64,000 nucleotides of DNA from an uncultured Chloroflexia bacterium (GCA_963724295.1 CAVRUC010000001.1:159822-223821), one strand, 5' to 3'; positions 37,341 to 46,711 are shown, counted from the stretch's first letter. Numbers and translations are program-made. The notes: generated from the sequence alone by a model not told the origin.

Positions 37341-38195
37341 ATGGACCTGCTCCAGGTCGTCATCAGCGGTCTCTTGCTCGGCGGCGTCTATGCGCTCTTT
37401 GCCGCCGGGATGAACATGATCTTCGGCGTGCTGCGTGTCATCAACCTCGCCCACGGGGAGCTGATGATGCTCGGCGCCTACACCACGTTCTGGCTGTACG
37501 CCCTGGCCGGCATCAACCCGCTCCTCTCGCTCCCGATCTCTGCCCTGTTGATGTTCACGATTGGCGCGGTGATCGAGCGCGGGCTGATCGAGCGGGTCGT
37601 CGGTCAGCCGCTGCTCTCGTCGCTGCTGCTGACGTTCGGGCTCTCAACGTTGCTCATGGGGACCGCGCTTTCGCTGTGGACGGCGAATTTCCGCTCGGTA
37701 CCCTATCTAACCGGGTCGGTCACTGTGCTCGGTCTCAACCTCTCCCAGACGCGGCTCGTGGCCTTCGCCATCGCACTTGCGGTGACAGGGCTCACTTATG
37801 CCTTCCTGCGTTTCGCCACCTTTGGCAAGGCGATCCGAGCGACGACACAGAATGCCGAGGTCGCTCAGGTCTGCGGCATCAATGTGGGTCGGGTGCGGCT
37901 GGTGACATTCGCGCTCGGATCGGCCATGGCCGCTATCGCCGGTTCACTTATCGCGATGATCTTCACCATCAGCCCGGAGATGGGCCGCGTGTTCCTCGGT
38001 CGCGCCTTCGCCATCGTCGTGCTTGGCGGGCTCGGCTCCTTCGTCGGCGCGTTTCTCGGCGCGCTCGTGCTCGGGGTGGTAGAGACGGTCACCGCCTATT
38101 ACACCGACACGCAAATCGCCGAGGGGGTTTCGTACGCGGTCCTGGTCCTGGTCCTCCTCCTTCGCCCGGCGGGGTTGTTTGGGGAGAAGGAATGA
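37341..38195 (+). CDS. livH: Branched-chain amino acid ABC transporter permease
   Basis: 284 aa; LLQVVISGLLLGGVYALFAAGMNMIFGVLRVINLAHGELMMLGAY. Confidence 0.9.
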   Translation: MDLLQVVISGLLLGGVYALFAAGMNMIFGVLRVINLAHGELMMLGAYTTFWLYALAGINPLLSLPISALLMFTIGAVIERGLIERVVGQPLLSSLLLTFGLSTLLMGTALSLWTANFRSVPYLTGSVTVLGLNLSQTRLVAFAIALAVTGLTYAFLRFATFGKAIRATTQNAEVAQVCGINVGRVRLVTFALGSAMAAIAGSLIAMIFTISPEMGRVFLGRAFAIVVLGGLGSFVGAFLGALVLGVVETVTAYYTDTQIAEGVSYAVLVLVLLLRPAGLFGEKE

Positions 38196-39283
38196 GCCGC
38201 GCGGCGAAGACCGCCGGCGCCGATGGTCTGGGAGGGGTCGTCGAAACTCCGCTCCCCCGCGAAACCGACCGTGACGTCGACGGTACCGATGCCCCCCTGC
38301 CGGGCGCCAGCGCGCAACCTGTGCGAAAGCCGCTCCCGGCGTGGGAGCGGCAGCTCCCGAAAATCTATTTGGTGCTGCTCGTCGTCGCCGTCGTCGGTCT
38401 TCTCTACTTCCCGCGCACCGCCAGCGCCTACAACGTCACCCTGGCGCTGACCGTGCTGCTGACCGTTGTCCTGGCCACGAGCTGGAACATCATCTCTGGC
38501 TACACCGGCTACGTCTCCTTCGGCCACGCCGGCTTTTTCGGCATCGGCTCCTACATCGGCGCCCTGCTGATCTTCAACGACGTCATGCCGTGGATCCCAG
38601 CCATGATCGTCGCCGGGCTGGGCACCGCCTTCGTCGCGCTCCTCATCGGCTACCCGACGCTTCGCTTGCGCGGTCCGTATTTCGCGATCACGATGCTCGG
38701 CCTCAGTGAGCTGGCGCGGATCGTGGTCACCGCCTGGGACTCGGTCACCCGCGGCGGCCTCGGCGTCTACCTGCCGATCGTGCGCGATCAGCCACCGCCG
38801 ACCTACTATGCGATGCTCGTCCTCGCCGTCATCGCGGTTGTCGTCTCCTACGCGGTCGGGACCTCGACCTTCGGACTGCGCCTCCTGTCGATCCGGGACG
38901 ACGAGGTCGCCGCGCAGGCGATGGGGATCAACACGACGCGCTACAAGATGGCCGCGTTCGTCATCTCGTCTTTTTTCCCCGGGATCGCCGGCGCGATTTA
39001 CGCCTACCACGTCGGCTTCATCGACCCGGTGACCGTCTTCTCCGTCCTGTGGACGATCCGCGCCATCGCCAGCGCGATCGTCGGCGGCCAGGCCACCATC
39101 ATCGGCCCGATCATTGGTGCCGTACTGCTCTCCCTGGTTTCAGAACAGGTCTGGGCATACGACCCAAACCTCTACCAGGTCATCTTCGGCGGCATCATCG
39201 CACTCGTGGTGCTGGTCCTCCCGGGCGGGCTCATCGCGCTTGGGCAGGATTGGGGCTGGCTGCCCCGGAGCCGGCGGCTGTGA
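38192..39283 (+). CDS. livM: Branched-chain amino acid ABC transporter permease
   Basis: ATG 38192 overlaps the livH stop (ATGA). SWNIISGYTGYVSFGHAGFFGIGSYIGALL. The track ORF 37676..39283 is an upstream out-of-gene extension of the same frame. Confidence 0.85.
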   Translation: MSRAAKTAGADGLGGVVETPLPRETDRDVDGTDAPLPGASAQPVRKPLPAWERQLPKIYLVLLVVAVVGLLYFPRTASAYNVTLALTVLLTVVLATSWNIISGYTGYVSFGHAGFFGIGSYIGALLIFNDVMPWIPAMIVAGLGTAFVALLIGYPTLRLRGPYFAITMLGLSELARIVVTAWDSVTRGGLGVYLPIVRDQPPPTYYAMLVLAVIAVVVSYAVGTSTFGLRLLSIRDDEVAAQAMGINTTRYKMAAFVISSFFPGIAGAIYAYHVGFIDPVTVFSVLWTIRAIASAIVGGQATIIGPIIGAVLLSLVSEQVWAYDPNLYQVIFGGIIALVVLVLPGGLIALGQDWGWLPRSRRL

Positions 39284-40080
39284 GCGCCCCGCGCACATCG
39301 CTCGAGCCCCTCGATCCGCGAGGGAACCCGGCCACTTCGTCGACGCTACCGTCACACACTGGAGATGGGAGTGAGCCTGCTCCCATCCTGACGGTCAACG
39401 ATGTTTCGATCCGCTTCGGCGGCGTGCAGGCGCTCAACAAGGCGAACCTCAAGATCCGTCCGCACCGGATCACCGGAGTGATCGGACCCAATGGTTCCGG
39501 CAAGTCAACCCTCTTCAACGCGGTCACCGGCGTCACCCGCGCCGATGCCGGGTCGATTCGTTTTGGGGACACCGACATTACTCGCCTCGGATCGCACCAA
39601 ATCAACCAGCTCGGCATCGGCCGTACGTTTCAACTCACCCGTCTCTTCGGGCGACTGACGGCATTCGAGAACCTCATGGTCGTGGCCCGCGGTGACCAGG
39701 CGGCGGCGCGGCTGCGGGCCGAGGAACTGCTCGATACGGTCGCGCTGCGTCACGTCCGCGACGAGTATGGGGCCAACCTCTCCTACGGGCAGCAGAAGCT
39801 GCTCGAGTTCGTCCGGCTGCTGATGACCGATCCGACGCTGGTCATGCTCGACGAGCCGTTCGCCGGGGTCAACCCGACCATGGAGCGGCGGCTGCTGGAC
39901 CAAATGGAGAGTTGGCTGCGCGACGGCAGGACAATCGTCGTTACCGACCATGAGATGAAGATCATGATGGAGATTTGCGAGGAGATCTACGTCCTCGACT
40001 ATGGCGAGGTCATCGCCCACGGCTCGCCCGCCGAGATTCGAGCGAATACCCGCGTGATGGAAGCCTACTTTGGCCGCTGA
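39280..40080 (+). CDS. livG: ABC transporter ATP-binding protein
   Basis: GTG 39280 overlaps the livM stop. Walker A GPNGSGKST, signature LSYGQQKLLEF, Walker B LVMLDEP. Confidence 0.85.
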   Translation: MSAPRTSLEPLDPRGNPATSSTLPSHTGDGSEPAPILTVNDVSIRFGGVQALNKANLKIRPHRITGVIGPNGSGKSTLFNAVTGVTRADAGSIRFGDTDITRLGSHQINQLGIGRTFQLTRLFGRLTAFENLMVVARGDQAAARLRAEELLDTVALRHVRDEYGANLSYGQQKLLEFVRLLMTDPTLVMLDEPFAGVNPTMERRLLDQMESWLRDGRTIVVTDHEMKIMMEICEEIYVLDYGEVIAHGSPAEIRANTRVMEAYFGR

Positions 40081-40834
40081 CACGGAGGTTGCCGAAGCCT
40101 CGTTAGCTGACGGAGCCCGCACCGCGCCGCTGCTGGCAGTACGCGAGATCGACGCCGCCTACGGCAAGGTTCGCATCTTGAACGGCGTCTCACTTGAGGT
40201 GCAGCCGGGAGAGATCGTCTCCATTATCGGTCCCAACGGCGCCGGCAAGTCGACCGTGTTGAAGGCGGTGATGGGCATCCTCAAACCGACCCGCGGCGCG
40301 GTAATGTTCGCTGGGGAGGAGATCACCGGTCTGCGGACGGACCTCGTCGTCCACCGCGGGATTGCCTACGTGCCGCAGGGGCGGATCGTCTTCAAGGCGA
40401 TGAGCGTCGTCGAGAACCTCGAGATGGGCGCGTACACCGTCAAGGATAAAGCGCAGATGCGGCGGACAATGGAGCAGGTGTTCGCCGTCTTTCCTCGCTT
40501 GGGCGAGCGCCGCAATCAGAAAGCCGGCACCATGAGCGGAGGCGAGCAGCAAATGCTGGCGATGGGTAGGGCACTCATGGTCCAGCCGCGCCTCGTGCTG
40601 ATGGACGAGCCGTCCCTCGGTCTCGCCCCCCAATTCGTCGAGATGGTCTTCGACAAGCTCCAGCAGCTCAAAGCTACCGGCATGACCCTCTTGCTCGTTG
40701 AACAAAACGCGGTCAAGTCACTCTCGATCAGTGACCGCGGCTACGTTCTCGAGCTCGGTCGTAACCGATTTACCGGCAGTGGCGCCGACCTCCTCGACGA
40801 CGAACGCGTGCGCCGCCTGTACCTGGGTGGCTGA
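40070..40834 (+). CDS. livF: ABC transporter ATP-binding protein
   Basis: Walker A GPNGAGKST, signature MSGGEQQMLAMGRAL, Walker B LVLMDEPS. It overlaps livG by 11 nt. Confidence 0.9.
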   Translation: MAADTEVAEASLADGARTAPLLAVREIDAAYGKVRILNGVSLEVQPGEIVSIIGPNGAGKSTVLKAVMGILKPTRGAVMFAGEEITGLRTDLVVHRGIAYVPQGRIVFKAMSVVENLEMGAYTVKDKAQMRRTMEQVFAVFPRLGERRNQKAGTMSGGEQQMLAMGRALMVQPRLVLMDEPSLGLAPQFVEMVFDKLQQLKATGMTLLLVEQNAVKSLSISDRGYVLELGRNRFTGSGADLLDDERVRRLYLGG

Positions 40835-41170
40835 GGCGCGGGGTTCCGCGGGCTGACCGGTAGGCGGCGGCCTACCAAATGCCCACGGCGACACCGTCGA
40901 ATGGCCGTTGCGCTACCGCTGGGACCACCTCCCAGTGACTTGACTGACAGGCGGGCTGCTCGAGGCGCGGTCTCCGCTTCCTGAGCTCGCCCGCGTCCTG
41001 ATCTCCCGCCTCTTGCTCAGCTTCATGCTCGTCAGCCGAAGACGACGCCACGCGGACTCTGGCGGCCTGATTGACATCCGCAGGCGCCGGAGTAAGGTGG
41101 GCCACGGCCGGGGCGACCGCAGCGTGGACCGGCGTGTTCCTGGCCACCTTTGCTCGAATGGAGGAGCCTT

Positions 41171-42154
41171 GTGCGTTTGATCCCGGTTCTCGTCCTCGGC
41201 GTTGTCGCCCTACTGCTTGGCGCACCGTCCCTGGTCGGGGCGCAAGCCGCCAGCCCGGCAGCATCCGCTTCGGCGGCCGATGGCGAGGTTGCCGGCCTCA
41301 TAGATATTGGCGGACGCTCGCTCTACCTGGAATGTCGCGGAACAGGGAGCCCAACGGTCATTCTGGAGGCGGGGTTTCGGACGCGTGCCGATGTCTGGAG
41401 CGAAGACCTTGTCCAGCCAGATGCGCCGCGGACGATGGTCTTCCCTGGCGTGGCCGCCTTTGCCCGCGTCTGCGCCTACGACCGGCCAGGGACGTCGACC
41501 GTCATCGACGGCGCCTTGTTGCCCAGCCGTAGCGATCCGGTAGCCATGCCGCGGACCGCGCTCGACCTGGTGCACGATCTGCACGCGCTGCTCCAGGCGG
41601 CAAAGGTGCCCGGACCGTACGTCTTCGTCGGGCACTCTTATGGCGGGATGCTTAGCCGGCTCTTCGCCAGCACCTACCCGAACGGGGTCGTTGGCATGGT
41701 CCTGGTCGACGCCTTCTCGGAAGGCCTGGAAGAGCAAATGACGGCAGAGCAATGGGCCGCTTACAAGGAGCTGTTCCAGCCGGTGCCAGAAGCGCTTGCT
41801 GGCTACGAGGATCTCGAGTTCACCGACCTCGACGCGAGTACATCGCAAGTCCGGCAGGCGACCGCGGATTCGCCGTTGCGACCCCTCCCGCTCGTCGTCC
41901 TCTCCCGAGGACAGGTCATGCAGATGCCCGCGGACCTGCCAGGAGGGCTCACCGGCGAAGGGCTGGAGCAGGCGTGGAGCGTCGAGCAGGACCGGCTGGC
42001 CGCCCTCCTGCCCGATGCCCGACACGTCATCGCGCGCGAGAGCGAGCACTACATCCAGCTCCAGCAACCCGATCTGGTGATCGAGGCGGTGCGTCTGGTC
42101 GTCGAGGCCGTGCGCGACCCGGCCAGCTGGGCAACGCCGGCGGCAAGCCCATAG
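41171..42154 (+). CDS. Secreted alpha/beta hydrolase
   Basis: GTG 41171 lies 4 nt after GGAGGAG. Signal peptide VRLIPVLVLGVVALLLGAPSLVGAQA and nucleophile elbow VFVGHSYGGML. Confidence 0.8.
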   Translation: MRLIPVLVLGVVALLLGAPSLVGAQAASPAASASAADGEVAGLIDIGGRSLYLECRGTGSPTVILEAGFRTRADVWSEDLVQPDAPRTMVFPGVAAFARVCAYDRPGTSTVIDGALLPSRSDPVAMPRTALDLVHDLHALLQAAKVPGPYVFVGHSYGGMLSRLFASTYPNGVVGMVLVDAFSEGLEEQMTAEQWAAYKELFQPVPEALAGYEDLEFTDLDASTSQVRQATADSPLRPLPLVVLSRGQVMQMPADLPGGLTGEGLEQAWSVEQDRLAALLPDARHVIARESEHYIQLQQPDLVIEAVRLVVEAVRDPASWATPAASP

Positions 42155-42230
42155 AGTGACGGCACCCACCGGTGTCAGCCCGAGGGACTGTTGGGTGTCT
42201 GGGTGCCAGGGGTCGACAGGGGAATAACGC

Positions 42231-42335
42231 CTCAACACCCCGCCACCACGAGCGTAGCGAGTAATCACCCTATCACCGCGACCGCAGGGAGCAATCACCG
42301 CGAGCGCAGCGAGTAATCACCCTGTCACCCTCGTT
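42231..42335. repeat. Dispersed intergenic repeat, family B (two tandem core copies)
   Basis: The 22-nt core CGAGCG[T/C]AGCGAGTAATCACCC occurs at 42249-42270 and 42301-42322 and again at 59054-59075. The flanking ATCACC/GTCACC heptamer-like units and CACCCTCGTTCAC are the reverse complement of GTGAACGAGGGTG at 58961-58973. Confidence 0.8.
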
Positions 42336-42521
42336 CACGGCTCCATCCCAGGGTCCAATCGTCACTTTCGGGACCGATGGACGGGTTTTTCTCTTGCGAG
42401 CCGGCGCGAGACCTGGACTATAGGGTCAACCGGCGCGACAATGGGCCGGTGCCGCGCACCGCGCGGCTGGCTTGGGATCGCCGCCCCGCGACGCGATCAG
42501 CGTTGGGAAGGAGCGGCGCCA

Positions 42522-43274
42522 GTGCCGACATTTGGCTGCGCCTACTGGGGACGCGACGCGAGCGTCGCCGACCGCGATTTCGCCTCACTGCCGGAACTCG
42601 GATTTTCCTGGGTCGTCATTCCCGTCTCGACCGAGCGCATGCGCTACGACCGCGCGGGTACGGCCGCGGTGTTCGCCGCGGCGAACCGCCACGGACTCGC
42701 CACCCGAATTGCCCCCTGGGGAGTCGGCGGCCTCTTCGGCGGCGAGGGGGTGGTCGAAGCCGGTCCCTCACCGATGGCAACGCTGACCTGGTGGTTGTCG
42801 TGCGCCCACGATCTGGAGCCCGACGCCCTGTTCTGGGGCGAGCCGCACGGCGCGCTCGGTTTGGGGGCCATGGCGCGCGCGATGACGACCTGGGACATCC
42901 CCGGCGCCGCGCAGTACCTCCACGTCAACCCGAATCGCGGCGAGTGGCCCGAGCTGCCGGTCGCGACGGCGCTGACCGGAATCGGCATCGATGCCTACCG
43001 CAAGCCGGCGGTCGCCATCGCGCGGCTGCCCGAGGTGCGCAAGCGATATGGCCTGCCGGTGCATGTCTGGGTGCGCAGCTTCGGACTGACGAGAAGACAG
43101 ACGTTGCAGCCGGCGCGCGATCTCTCCGCCTTGTACGACGCGGGTGTCGCCGATATCGGGATCTGGGGCTTCCCTTCGGCCGGCTGCTCCTGCCTGGACA
43201 ACGCCGAGCCGCAGCGGGTCTGGAACGGGATCACGGCGACGATCGCGCGGCTCGGCGAAGCGCTGGCCGCGTGA
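42522..43274 (+). CDS. Hypothetical protein (possible TIM-barrel hydrolase-like)
   Basis: GTG 42522 lies 8 nt after GGAAGGAG. The 250-aa ORF has protein-like composition and I recognise no family. Confidence 0.5.
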   Translation: MPTFGCAYWGRDASVADRDFASLPELGFSWVVIPVSTERMRYDRAGTAAVFAAANRHGLATRIAPWGVGGLFGGEGVVEAGPSPMATLTWWLSCAHDLEPDALFWGEPHGALGLGAMARAMTTWDIPGAAQYLHVNPNRGEWPELPVATALTGIGIDAYRKPAVAIARLPEVRKRYGLPVHVWVRSFGLTRRQTLQPARDLSALYDAGVADIGIWGFPSAGCSCLDNAEPQRVWNGITATIARLGEALAA

Positions 43275-43578
43275 CGTGGTGACGAAGGCCGGCTGACTCG
43301 CCGGACGGGGCGACTCGCCGTCCCGAGTTACCTGGGCCTGGCTGCAAACGCCGGCACGTGACGATCACTAGCCTCCCAGGTTGAGACAAGGACTTGCGAA
43401 AGCTCTCCACCCGCGAGGAGCCACGGCTGTCAGAAGGTGGCGCTTGTCCGCCTGCTCGGAGCGTGTCCGGGCGGCGGTTACAGGCTGGCATGCCATTGAC
43501 AGCAGCGTGCCGGGAGCCGAGACTCTATGAGGCAGTCGTAAAGGCGAAGGGCGGCTGCCTACTCATCGATCGTGTGCT

Positions 43579-44157
43579 GTGGAGAATCGATTGTCCTGGC
43601 TGCTGCTGGCGCTGCAGGTGGTCCTGAGCGTCGTGCTCCTTGTCGCCGCCACCGAGAAGACGCTGCGCTCCGAGGAATTCTTCGCCGCGCTGCGCCTCAG
43701 CCACCTGCCGGCAGGCGCGATCGCGCCGATCGGCGTCGCCGTGCCGGTGCTCGAGCTGACGCTGGCGCTGGCGCTGCTGCTCGCGCCGGGGCGGTGGCTG
43801 CCGCTCGTGTTCCTGGCGGCCGCCCTCGTCTTCGGCGCCTTCACCGCCTGGATGGGCTGGGTGCGTGCGCGCCGGCTGCGCGTCCGTTGCGGCTGCTTCG
43901 GCCCCGGCGGCGGGCACGTCGGCTCTCGCACGATCGGGCGCAACCTCCTGCTGCTGGCGCTGGCGCTGGGCGGCACCGTGCTGGCGGGCCAGACGCCAAC
44001 TCCGCTGCCGGGTCCCTCGCTGGCGATGGTGGTCACCGTGACCTCGGTCGGCGCCTGCCTCGCCCTCCTGCTCGCGCTGCGCGCCGCCTGGCCGCACCTG
44101 ATCCTCAGCTTCGAGCAATACCAGGCGCGCCAGGCCGTCGCGACCGGCGGGGAGTAA
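43579..44157 (+). CDS. MauE/DoxX-family redox-associated membrane protein
   Basis: 192 aa with 4-5 TM segments and the motif RLRVRCGCFGPGGG (the C-x-C-F-G motif typical of MauE-like proteins). Confidence 0.7.
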   Translation: MENRLSWLLLALQVVLSVVLLVAATEKTLRSEEFFAALRLSHLPAGAIAPIGVAVPVLELTLALALLLAPGRWLPLVFLAAALVFGAFTAWMGWVRARRLRVRCGCFGPGGGHVGSRTIGRNLLLLALALGGTVLAGQTPTPLPGPSLAMVVTVTSVGACLALLLALRAAWPHLILSFEQYQARQAVATGGE

Positions 44158-44161
44158 ACGG

Positions 44162-44833
44162 ATGTCGACCCTCTTCTACGTCTCGTACGTCGCGCTCTGG
44201 GTGCTGCTGCTGACGATCGGCGTGCTCGTGCTGTTGCTCTATCGCCACTTCGGCGTGATGTCGCTCGGCACGCTGGAGGGGGTGCAGCGGGACGGTCTGC
44301 CGATCGGCTCGGTCGCTCCTCCCATCAGCGGAATCACCGCTGCCGGCCAGGACACCCGTTGGCAGCCGAAGCAAGGCCAGCCCCAGCTCCTCCTCTTCGC
44401 CGCCCCCGACTGCGAGCCGTGTGCCACCGTCCTCCCCCACGTCGAGCGGCTGGCACATGCGGTGAACGGCGGCCTCGGGATCGCGGCGGTCGTGCCGGGA
44501 CCAAAGGACGAAGTGACCCGGTTCGTCGAGCGCTACCGCCCGTCCTTTCCCTGCCTGGCCGAGGACGGCAGCGGCGCCTTTACCCGTTATAAGGTGCGCG
44601 TCACCCCGTTCGGGTTCATCCTCGGCACCGATGGCCGCGTCCTTGCGAAGGGGCTCTGCGGCGATCAGGTGCGGCTGCGCGGGCTGCTGGAGGCCGCCGA
44701 CCTGAGCGACATCGCCCAGGCGCTGCCGGCCCCGGCTCAGCCGGTCCAGATCACGCCGCGGAAACCGGTACCCGCCGGGCGGCGTTCTACGGTCGGGTTG
44801 TCGAACAACGGCGTCGACGGGAGCGAGCGGTGA
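44162..44833 (+). CDS. Membrane-anchored thioredoxin-fold protein (TlpA/MauD-like), CxxC = CEPC
   Basis: N-terminal TM LFYVSYVALWVLLLTIGVLVLLLY, then a redoxin fold with LLLFAAPDCEPCATVLP and VRVTPFGFILGTDGRV. It starts 5 nt after the MauE-like stop. Confidence 0.75.
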   Translation: MSTLFYVSYVALWVLLLTIGVLVLLLYRHFGVMSLGTLEGVQRDGLPIGSVAPPISGITAAGQDTRWQPKQGQPQLLLFAAPDCEPCATVLPHVERLAHAVNGGLGIAAVVPGPKDEVTRFVERYRPSFPCLAEDGSGAFTRYKVRVTPFGFILGTDGRVLAKGLCGDQVRLRGLLEAADLSDIAQALPAPAQPVQITPRKPVPAGRRSTVGLSNNGVDGSER

Positions 44834-44855
44834 TGCGGCTAGGGATGGGGAAGCT

Positions 44856-45383
44856 ATGACGACGGTCGAGCGCGTCGGCGAGGGACTGGCGCGGCAACTC
44901 AATCGGCGACAGACGTTGAAGCGGGCGGCGGTGGCCCTCTTCGGAGCGGTGGCCGCCTGGACGGTCGAGGGCTTCCGCGGCAACAGCGCCCTGGCCGACC
45001 ACTGCGCCGTCGTGACCGAAGGCAACTGCACCTGCACCCCGCCCGAGGGGATCTACTGCAACAGTCTGGACCCCTCGTACTGCGCTGGCGCGGCCTGCGA
45101 CGGCGGCTGCTACTACGACGAGTCGTATCGCTACGCCGGCGCCTGCTGGTGCAGCGCCATCTGCGAGTACGGTGGCGGCGAGTTCGGCCACTACCAATGC
45201 TGCGACTGCAACTGTTACGGGCAGCTGTGCGCCTGCCGGGAGTTCATCTCGACCGGCTACAGCGAAGAAGTCGTGACGGCGCCGCCGAGCGAAGCCGGCC
45301 CGCCCTTGCCGCCCCCGGGGTTCGGCGACGACGAGCCCCAGCTGCCGCCGGGCGTCGAGTCGTGCTTCCCGTTCTGCGACTGA
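44856..45383 (+). CDS. Tat-exported cysteine-rich protein (18 Cys in a mature region of about 127 aa)
   Basis: Tat motif NRRQTLKRAAVALFGAVAAW with an ALA-DH cleavage-like site. Mature region: HCAVVTEGNCTCTPPEGIYCNSLDPSYCAGAACDGGCYYDESYRYAGACWCSAICEYGGGEFGHYQCCDCNCYGQLCAC...SCFPFCD. Confidence 0.7.
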   Translation: MTTVERVGEGLARQLNRRQTLKRAAVALFGAVAAWTVEGFRGNSALADHCAVVTEGNCTCTPPEGIYCNSLDPSYCAGAACDGGCYYDESYRYAGACWCSAICEYGGGEFGHYQCCDCNCYGQLCACREFISTGYSEEVVTAPPSEAGPPLPPPGFGDDEPQLPPGVESCFPFCD

Positions 45384-45474
45384 CCGGGCGAGCGTGACGA
45401 TGTTCGCCACCGCGGTCATGCTGCTGGCCGTGCTGACCGGACTCCTGAGCGCGCACGCCCCCTGAACGGTCAAC

Positions 45475-46042
45475 ATGGCCGTTGGCCTGGGCCTCCTCGG
45501 TCGAGGAGGGAAACGACAGGCGCTCGGTTTGTGGGCGCTCCACATGGCAGGGGCCGCCCTGGCCGGCGCGCTCCTCGGCGGGCTGGTGGGCGGAATCGGC
45601 GCGCTGGCGGGGTTGGAGGCGTGGCGGCCCTGGATCATCGGCGGCGCCGCCCTTCTCGCCTTCGGGCTCGCCCTGCTGCCGCGGCCACCGAAGCTGGGCC
45701 GGCAGCGGCAGGTGCCGCGGCGGTGGGCGCCGGGGACGCCTCCCGCGCGCGTCTATCTGATCTGGGGGGCGATGCTCGGCAGCGGCGTCGCCACGCCGAT
45801 CTTCCACACCGCCTTCCTCCTCCTCCTTGCCGCCCAGCTCACGGGCGGGGTGGCGCTCGGCCTCGTCTCCGGCGCCCTGTTCGGCGCGGCCCGGCAGGCG
45901 ACGGCACTGCTTGCCGCTGCTGACCCGCCTCGACCCGGGTCGGACGATGGGTCTGCTGGAGACGCTCCGCCCCACCGCCCGCCGCCTGAACGCGGGGCTC
46001 ATCGTCGCCGGCGGCCTCGTCCTCGTCCTCGTCGGCCGCTGA
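45475..46042 (+). CDS. Polytopic (5-6 TM) membrane protein. It has a frame break near 45913 and a possible N-terminal extension to ATG 45400 through an in-frame TGA (45463-45465).
   Basis: Track ORF 45475.. is membrane-like up to ...GALFGAARQATALL. The plausible C-terminus PLLTRLDPGRTMGLLETLRPTARRLNAGLIVAGGLVLVLVGR-stop lies in the +1 frame (track ORF 45827..46042). Upstream and in the same frame, ATG 45400 encodes MFATAVMLLAVLTGLLSAHAP-TGA-TVN-ATG(45475). ATG 45475 has no Shine-Dalgarno sequence. Confidence 0.5.
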
Positions 46043-46100
46043 CTCTACCCCGCGTCGGGGAACGGCTCTCGCGTCCCGGTCCTGTTGTGGAGCTTGCTAC

Positions 46101-46538
46101 ATGGGGACGATCACCGTACGCCAGGCCACGCCTGACGACGCCATGGAATTGGCGCGAATGCTGGACCTGTTCGACCGCACGGGTGCCACTCCCGAGCAGG
46201 TCGCCGCGCGCATGCTGGCCTGCCAGAGCGTGTTGACGACCTATCTCGGCGAGATGGACGGGCAGGCGGTCGGCTTTGCCTGCTTGCGGCTGGTGCCACA
46301 CATCCAGGGCGACGAGCCGTATGCCGAGCTGACCGACATCTACGTCGACGCGCCGTTTCGCCGCCACGGCGTGGCCCGCGCGCTGATCGCTCAGCTTGAA
46401 GCGACGGCGCGGGCTGCCGGCGCCAGCGAGGTGGTGATCATCACCGGCTTCGACAACGAGGACGCCCAAGCGGCGTATCGCGCCGTCGGATACGACAATT
46501 GGGCGCTGGCGATGCGGAAGCGCTTCCCGGACGACTGA
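46101..46538 (+). CDS. GNAT family N-acetyltransferase
   Basis: 145 aa; AELTDIYVDAPFRRHGVARALIAQLEATARAAGASEVVI (acetyl-CoA-binding R/Q-x-x-G-x-A motif). Confidence 0.85.
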   Translation: MGTITVRQATPDDAMELARMLDLFDRTGATPEQVAARMLACQSVLTTYLGEMDGQAVGFACLRLVPHIQGDEPYAELTDIYVDAPFRRHGVARALIAQLEATARAAGASEVVIITGFDNEDAQAAYRAVGYDNWALAMRKRFPDD

Positions 46539-46711
46539 CGTCATCGCAACGATGCGCTGCCACGAAGGAGTGCAACCACAAGTACTCACTCCTGCATCAC
46601 CAGCCGTGCAGAACCTGCTGCCGAGCAGGCGAAGAATGCAAAGAGTGCAAAGGCTACGAGAGGCAGGCGCGACGGGAGCGGGGAAGGGCCCAATTGGTGA
46701 AAGGCCAGAAG

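Noticed and set aside
37676-39283. 535-aa ORF suggesting a fused LivH-LivM protein.
   Set aside because: The first 172 codons are an alternative frame over livH with nonsense composition. ATG 38192, overlapping the livH stop, gives a normal LivM.
44856-45383. Calling the Cys-rich Tat protein a true methylamine dehydrogenase light chain (MauA).
   Set aside because: The mature region has a single Trp, so TTQ cannot form. No mauB or mauG is nearby. Only gene order, the Tat signal, Cys richness and a CC-containing segment are shared, so it is reported as MauA-like context only.
43525-45638. Minus-strand ORFs 43525..44118, 44105..45037 and 44787..45638 across the MauE-like cluster.
   Set aside because: They are antisense to four plus-strand genes that have a signal peptide, TM segments and a CxxC motif. 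The products are low-complexity, rich in R/A/G/Q/P.
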